Under the pieces are notes generated by a model. It had not been told where the DNA came from and searched no databases. It saw only the letters and a program-made list of their open reading frames with translations. This document shows, piece by piece, positions 58,662 to 64,000 of a DNA stretch of 64,000 nt (the stretch's first letter is position 1; each line of letters starts with the position of its first letter). The stretch is taken from positions 97,358-161,357 of the forward strand of contig JAHFFY010000001.1 of the NCBI GenBank assembly GCA_023247705.1, written 5' to 3'. The translations under genes and the position numbers were made by a program. This stretch comes from Candidatus Omnitrophota bacterium. GTDB taxonomy: Bacteria; Omnitrophota; Gorgyraeia; Zapsychrales; JAHFFX01.

Positions 58662-61135
58662 TTACATTCCCAAGGTTGGAATATTCCAGATGTCTTTGGC
58701 GTATTCTCGAATGGTTCGATCACTAGAAAATTTGCCAGATTTAGCGACATTGAGAATTGATTTTTGGGTCCATTGGGCTTTGTCGAGATAGGACTGGGAA
58801 ACTAATGCTTGGGTTTTGCAATAGGAATCGAAATCAGAGCAGACTAAAAACGGATCATGCTCAGTGAGTGACTGAAATATAGGCAAAAATAAACCCGGTT
58901 CTGACGGCGAAAAGAAATTCGACTGGATCAGATGGAAAATTTCGCGTAAGACTGGATTATTATTGATGTATTCTTTCGGAGAATATCCCTGTTTTTTTTG
59001 GCTTCGACTTCTTCCGTCCTCAAACCGAAGATGAACATGTTTTCGTTGCCGACGGCTTCCGCGATTTCAATATTCGCTCCATCTAACGTTCCGATCGTTA
59101 ATGCACCGTTAAGCATGAATTTCATATTTCCTGTTCCAGAAGCTTCAGTCCCGGCCGTTGAAATCTGTTCGGATAATTCACTGGCAGGAAAAATTTTTTC
59201 GGCAAGTGAAACCCGATAGTTTTCCATAAAGATCACTTTAAGTCGGTCTTTCACTCCTTTATCATGATTGATCACATCCGCGATGCTGTTAATAAATTTA
59301 ATAATCAACTTTGCAATAAAATAACCCGGAGCAGCCTTACCCGCGAGAATAAATGTCCGCTGGATTTGGAATTTCTGGGGATCGTGCTTCAGTTTCAAAT
59401 ACTCTGCGATAATAAATAAACTGAATAAAAGTTGCCGTTTATACTCATGAATGCGCTTAATTTGAACATCAAAGAGCGATTCGGGATTAACGACGATCTG
59501 CATGGTTTTTTCGATATAGTTGGCTAAAAACATTTTGTTTTGCATTTTCACGTCTTGCCATTGCTTGACGAAATCGCTTTTCTTCGCATAGGCGGTGAGT
59601 TTTTCAAGATAATCCAGATTTTTAATCCATTCATTGCCGATTGTATCTGAAACCAGTTTTGAAAGCCGCGTATTCGCTTTTAAAAGCCATCGCCTTTGAG
59701 TAATCCCGTTCGTTTTATTGTTAAACTTGCCTGGCTCATATTCATAAAAATCTTTAAAGAGGTTTATTTTGAGGAGATTGGAGTGTAAAACAGAAACGCC
59801 GTTAATGGAAAAACTGCCAACGATGCACAGATGCGCCATGCGGATTCGTTTGGGATTTCCCTCTTCGATGAGCGACATCCGGCTCAGGCGTTCATTATCG
59901 CCCGGGAAATAGTTCGCTACTTCTTTTAAGAAACGAAAATTAATTTCATAAACGATTTGTAAATGTCTGGGCAAGACTTTTTCAAATAGCGGAACGGTCC
60001 AGCATTCCAGGGCCTCAGGCATCAGCGTGTGGTTTGTGTAGGCAAATGTTTTGGTGACAATGTTCCAGGCGGCTTCCCATTCTAACTGTTCCATATCAAC
60101 CAGAATCCGCATGAGTTCAACAATCGCCAGGGCCGGGTGAGTGTCGTTCAATTGAATGACCGCCTTTTTGGGCAGATCCGTCAGATTCGTGTTTTCGGCC
60201 TTGAACCGTCGGATAATATCCGCGATCGCGGCTGCGGTGAAAAAATATTCTTGTTTAAGACGTAATTCTCTTCCCTGGCTGACCCCGTCGTTGGGATACA
60301 GCACTTTCGAAATATTTTCGGAGAACATTTTTTGATAGACAGCTTTTTCATAGTCTCCATCATTGAAATATTCAAAATCAAATTCTTCACTGCTTCGCGC
60401 AGACCATAACCTCAAGGTGTTCACGATATCATTGCAGTATCCGGGGATGGGGATGTCATAAGGCATCGCTAAAATATTTTGTGTGTCAACCCAGGCGATG
60501 CAGGGCTTTCCATTGCGGTCCTGATAATTTTGAGTACGACCGTAAAAATGGACCGCCAGGGCGTATTCCGGCCGCGCGAATTCCCAAGGATTTTTCAGTT
60601 TCAGCCATTCGTCCGGTTTTTCGAGTTGATAACCGTTTTGTATTTTTTGGTTAAAAATCCCATAATCATACCGGATGCCATAACCATGCGCAGGAATTCC
60701 CAGCGTTGCCATTGAATCGAGAAAGCACGCCGCTAAACGACCTAACCCGCCGTTGCCTAACCCCGCGTCCACTTCTTGTTCCCTGAGCTCATCTAATTCT
60801 AAACCTAAATCATCCAATGCGTCCTTAGATTCTTTCTCGCATCCCAGATTAATAATATTGTTTCCCAATAATCGTCCGATAAGGAATTCCATGGATAAAT
60901 AATAGACGCGCTTTTTGTTCTTCCGATGGTATTCCTGCTGGGTCACAATCCAGCGTTCCACCAGACGGTCACGAAGGGCAATCGATAATGCCAGAAAATT
61001 ATCGTAGGCCGTGGCTGTATATTGATCTTTGGCCAACGTATACTCGCGATTGACTTGAAAGGATAGTCGAATACCATCTTTCGTCATATCTTTATGGATC
61101 GGTGTCCACTGCAAATCGACTTTTTTATCTGGCAT
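58662..61135 (-). pseudogene. glgP: Glycogen/alpha-glucan phosphorylase (GT35) disrupted by a 1-nt frameshift in an A8 homopolymer
   Basis: The 735-aa ORF (58928-61135) is GT35 through ...EEVEAKK and then reads out of frame to a stop. The adjacent frame continues GYSPKEY...DPFLVCSDFDSY...FSSDRTIREYAKDIW to 58662, the canonical C-terminus. The frames meet at the T8 run 58992-58999, and a ninth base there would restore a ~815-aa protein. Confidence 0.85.
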
Positions 61136-61260
61136 CTTCTAAACTCCTTTATATCCCTCTCTTCGACTCTGAATTCTTAGAAGTTTATTAAAGCACAATT
61201 TACACAGTATTTTGCGAATTTTTCATATTTTTTCAGTAAATCCTTGGGGGGGCCTTGCGA

Positions 61261-62628
61261 TTACAGTTTACTTTGTAAGCTTGTATTTTTGGCGTTGGCG
61301 ATACAATCGTTCAAAGAGACACCTCCCCAATAATTTGCAGCAATATAAATATTTTTTAAACGATTCATCTCTTTTTGAATCACCCGGAACGCAGACAAAT
61401 ACGTAGAATCATATTGAGGAATGGCCTTAGGCCAAACCTTGATGAGCTGATCAATCGGATTATTCAAAGTTCCAAAAATCAATTGGATTTCTTCCTGCGC
61501 TATGGCAATGAGTTCTGGTTCTGATTTTTTTAGAATCTCCGGGTGACAAACACCTCCGATCATGACCCGTAATAGCACATAATCCTGTTCAGTTCTGTTA
61601 GGGAAGATTAAGCTCTCAAAAACAACGCCCAGGATTTCCTTGCTCTGCCAGGACGGGACTAAATATCCAAAACCGGACGGCTTTAATTTAAGATCACTTT
61701 TTTTATAGACTAAACCTGCCACGGCAATGGGAGCGTAATATATTTGTTCCAGTTGCGTGGAAAGATTCCGGTTTAAATTTTTTGTGATCTGCGCGGCCGA
61801 ATAAGCCGGGACGGTCAAGAATATTTCGTCAGCAGCATATGATTGCAGATTGGTCTCAACGATGAATCGCTGATCATGCGCGATGATGTTTGAAACACTC
61901 TCTTTTGTTTGAATATATTCCCAATATCTTCCATGAATGGTTTGAATTAACTGCGACATTCCGTTTTTCAATGATTTCAATTCTCCATTGATCATGGAGG
62001 AGGATTTTTTATGATGTGTATCTGGCTTTTTTTTTAGAAGCAGGCCTTTAATGAGCGAGCCATGTTTTTGTTCGAGTTCGTTCAGGGACGGAAAAGCGAG
62101 TCTAAGATTCAGCTGATGAATATCCCCGGCATAAATTCCGTTGACCATCGGATCAAAAAAGATTTTAGCGCATCCTTCGCCAAATCGCCTGGAACCGAAA
62201 TCATAAACAGTTTCATCGGGATGCCCTCCTGGCGCAACAACGACCTCCCCCAAGATCCGCACCTTCTGACGGATGGATAACGGTTTAAAAGATAAAAAAC
62301 TCTGGAAATCGCTGGGAAATGCATGGAGTTGATGATCGATGGCAATGAATCGCTTCTGGGAATCCGGATTCGCGCTGATGACATCGTTATTGAGATTCAA
62401 TTCTTCAATGAGGTTTCGAATGCTTTGTTTGGAATCCAGAAATCCATTCGGTCCGGTTTCAAATATCAAACCGTTACGATGAATGGTTTTGATCGTTCCC
62501 CCGATTTCAGGATTTCTTTCAATGAGCCGGATTTGAATATCGCTGCGATCACTGTAGCGTTGACGCAGATAATGTAAAAGACTCAATCCGCTGATTCCGC
62601 CACCGATAATGATGATCTTCTTGTTCAT
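61261..62628 (-). CDS. hemY: Protoporphyrinogen/coproporphyrinogen III oxidase (HemY/CgoX, FAD amine-oxidase family)
   Basis: 455 aa with an N-terminal IIIIGGGISGLS dinucleotide-binding motif, a HemY-like length, and a position next to hemE. Confidence 0.75.
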   Translation of the reverse strand: MNKKIIIIGGGISGLSLLHYLRQRYSDRSDIQIRLIERNPEIGGTIKTIHRNGLIFETGPNGFLDSKQSIRNLIEELNLNNDVISANPDSQKRFIAIDHQLHAFPSDFQSFLSFKPLSIRQKVRILGEVVVAPGGHPDETVYDFGSRRFGEGCAKIFFDPMVNGIYAGDIHQLNLRLAFPSLNELEQKHGSLIKGLLLKKKPDTHHKKSSSMINGELKSLKNGMSQLIQTIHGRYWEYIQTKESVSNIIAHDQRFIVETNLQSYAADEIFLTVPAYSAAQITKNLNRNLSTQLEQIYYAPIAVAGLVYKKSDLKLKPSGFGYLVPSWQSKEILGVVFESLIFPNRTEQDYVLLRVMIGGVCHPEILKKSEPELIAIAQEEIQLIFGTLNNPIDQLIKVWPKAIPQYDSTYLSAFRVIQKEMNRLKNIYIAANYWGGVSLNDCIANAKNTSLQSKL

Positions 62629-62662
62629 AGTAAACCTTGGAATTGTTTAAGCGTAAGTTGAA

Positions 62663-63688
62663 TCAGGCAGAGTTGGTCCAGGGGAATTGATGGACTTGCT
62701 CAATGAGGAATTTGAGTTTTTCAACAGAAGTGTCAGGCAAAACCCCGTGGCTAAGGTTAAAAATATATTTTTGATGATGCCTAGCCCCCTGCAGGACTTT
62801 TTGGAGTTCCTGTTTAAGCATTCGTTTATCGGCATATAAAAGCAGATTGAAAAGATTTCCCTGAACGCCTAAACGTGTTTTCTCCAAGATCGGATCCTGC
62901 CCCAGGACAACTTCATGGCAGAGACTTAAAAAATGTGCCTCGGATTTTTCCATAAGCGCTAAAAGGTGTTGCGAACCACGCAAATAATAAATGGATGGCA
63001 ATTTAACCTGCGTAAAAATTTTTTGGACATACGGTAGAATAAAATTTTGATAATCGCTTGCTTTCAAAATGCCCGCCCAGGTATCGAACAATTGAAAGAC
63101 CTGGATCCCGGCCTGCTGTTGCAGTTTAAGATAGCGGATCGTATTTTCCGTTAAAATTGTCATCATCTTGTGAAAAGAGGACGGTTTCGTATAGAGGAAT
63201 CGAAAAGTTTTATTGAAATGAATGGATGATCCTCCTTCGATCAAATAGCACAATACGGTAAACGGGGCACCCGCAAAACCTATGAGCGGGAGATGGTCAG
63301 GGATTTGCTGTTTGATTTTATGAATCGTTTGGGAGACAGAATCCAGATTATCAAAATTATGGATTTTTTTTAAATCTGATTCCTTTTGAATAGGCGATGC
63401 AATCACCGGCCCCAATTGATCGGAAAAAGTTATCTTGAATCCCATCCGCGATGGTAACGTTAGAATATCCGCGAATAAAATAAGCGCGTCGACTTCCAGA
63501 GACTTGAGCGGCAGACAGGTGATCTTCGCGGCTAAATCTGGATTGCCGAACATCTCTTCCAGTCGGTGCTTTTCCTTGATTTTGCGATAAGCCGGCAAAT
63601 AGCGTCCGGCCTGCCGCATGAACCAGACCGGAACCGTTTTATTGGTTCCCGTGAACGCCTGTAATAAAATGGATGTTTTAGAACTCAT
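62663..63688 (-). CDS. hemE: Uroporphyrinogen decarboxylase
   Basis: 341 aa with the N-terminal PVWFMRQAGRYLPAYR, the URO-D signature. Confidence 0.9.
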   Translation of the reverse strand: MSSKTSILLQAFTGTNKTVPVWFMRQAGRYLPAYRKIKEKHRLEEMFGNPDLAAKITCLPLKSLEVDALILFADILTLPSRMGFKITFSDQLGPVIASPIQKESDLKKIHNFDNLDSVSQTIHKIKQQIPDHLPLIGFAGAPFTVLCYLIEGGSSIHFNKTFRFLYTKPSSFHKMMTILTENTIRYLKLQQQAGIQVFQLFDTWAGILKASDYQNFILPYVQKIFTQVKLPSIYYLRGSQHLLALMEKSEAHFLSLCHEVVLGQDPILEKTRLGVQGNLFNLLLYADKRMLKQELQKVLQGARHHQKYIFNLSHGVLPDTSVEKLKFLIEQVHQFPWTNSA

Positions 63689-63702
63689 TTTGGGATCAAA
63701 GA

Positions 63703-64000
63703 TTAAATTGTTTTTGAAAAACGGTGCTGGCTTTTGGCTTTCTGCAGGTATTGATCGAATCCCATACAGATATTACGGATGAAGATTTTGCCTAGTTCCG
63801 AGGCCTTCAGTTTGTCTTGATCGACATATAACAAACGATCCCTGAGGCAATTGGCAATATGTATTTCTTCCGAGGTAAAATATTCATCGAAATTTAAATG
63901 AAACCGATCCGTAAATTGTTTTTTATCAATTTCCAATCGGCACATTAGATGGCTAATGACCCATCGTCGCATTTCATCATCACTGGAAAGAACTTTGCCA
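63703..64000 (-). CDS. HemN/HemW-like radical-SAM coproporphyrinogen oxidase / heme chaperone; only the C-terminal portion lies in the window
   Basis: The frame stays open upstream of the track ORF's M to the window edge. The visible ~95 aa resemble the HemN_C domain. It lies next to hemE and hemY. Confidence 0.5.
   Translation of the reverse strand, partial: GKVLSSDDEMRRWVISHLMCRLEIDKKQFTDRFHLNFDEYFTSEEIHIANCLRDRLLYVDQDKLKASELGKIFIRNICMGFDQYLQKAKSQHRFSKTI

Noticed and set aside
58662-58886. 74-aa ORF from the track, apparently a separate small gene downstream of glgP
   Set aside because: Its M is an internal TTG Leu codon of a frame that stays open upstream. The peptide is the canonical glycogen phosphorylase C-terminus, so it is part of the frameshifted glgP.
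61246-61252. G7 run in the glgP-hemY intergenic region, as a phase-variation tract
   Set aside because: It is intergenic, shorter than the G8 tracts, and lies downstream of hemY rather than in a promoter spacer. It is noted only as context for homopolymer frequency.

Overview
This 64 kb window is a chromosomal segment of an LPS-containing, probably anaerobic bacterium from a poorly characterised lineage. By eye the GC content is moderate. I call about 60 genes, more than 90% of them on the minus strand, with many 4-nt ATGA-type overlaps that indicate long operons. There are only two plus-strand islands, at 7933-11651 and 52055-54555. Gene content, left to right (minus strand unless stated): a partial xanthine-dehydrogenase/CO-dehydrogenase-family molybdoenzyme operon (FAD, 2Fe-2S, Mo subunits); trxB; 2-oxoacid:ferredoxin oxidoreductase korAB; bioB; a plus-strand GT9 + Dpm1-like GT2 + 618-aa NMO-like protein of unknown function; thiC; erpA/iscA; a FIST-domain protein; uspA; mntH (NRAMP); fur; a thioredoxin-fold protein; purA; serA; a class-V aminotransferase; clpP; a PPIase-less trigger factor; a ~16.5 kb Kdo/lipid A/LPS-core cluster (lptB-lptA-kdsC-kdsD-kdsA-kdsB, heptose kinase, GT9 x3, GT4, a GT4-GT9 fusion, an LpxL-ELM1/DUF1022 fusion, lpxK, waaA); xerC-topA-dprA; aroK; ppa; ychF; a SUI1/YciH homologue; a MobA/MocA-MoaD fusion; moeA; a beta-propeller-like hypothetical gene carrying two G8 tracts; a plus-strand ABC-2 exporter; a ureidoglycolate-lyase-family cupin; several membrane-anchored hypotheticals; an HtpX-like M48 peptidase; a glycogen phosphorylase interrupted by a 1-nt frameshift in an A8 run; and the heme genes hemY, hemE and hemN/W (partial). 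I found no rRNA, tRNA, CRISPR array, transposase or prophage genes. The most unusual content is the domain fusions and glycosyltransferase expansion in the LPS cluster, the unassigned 618-aa NMO-like protein with its glycosyltransferase partners, homopolymer-tract frame issues, and a few structured intergenic elements.
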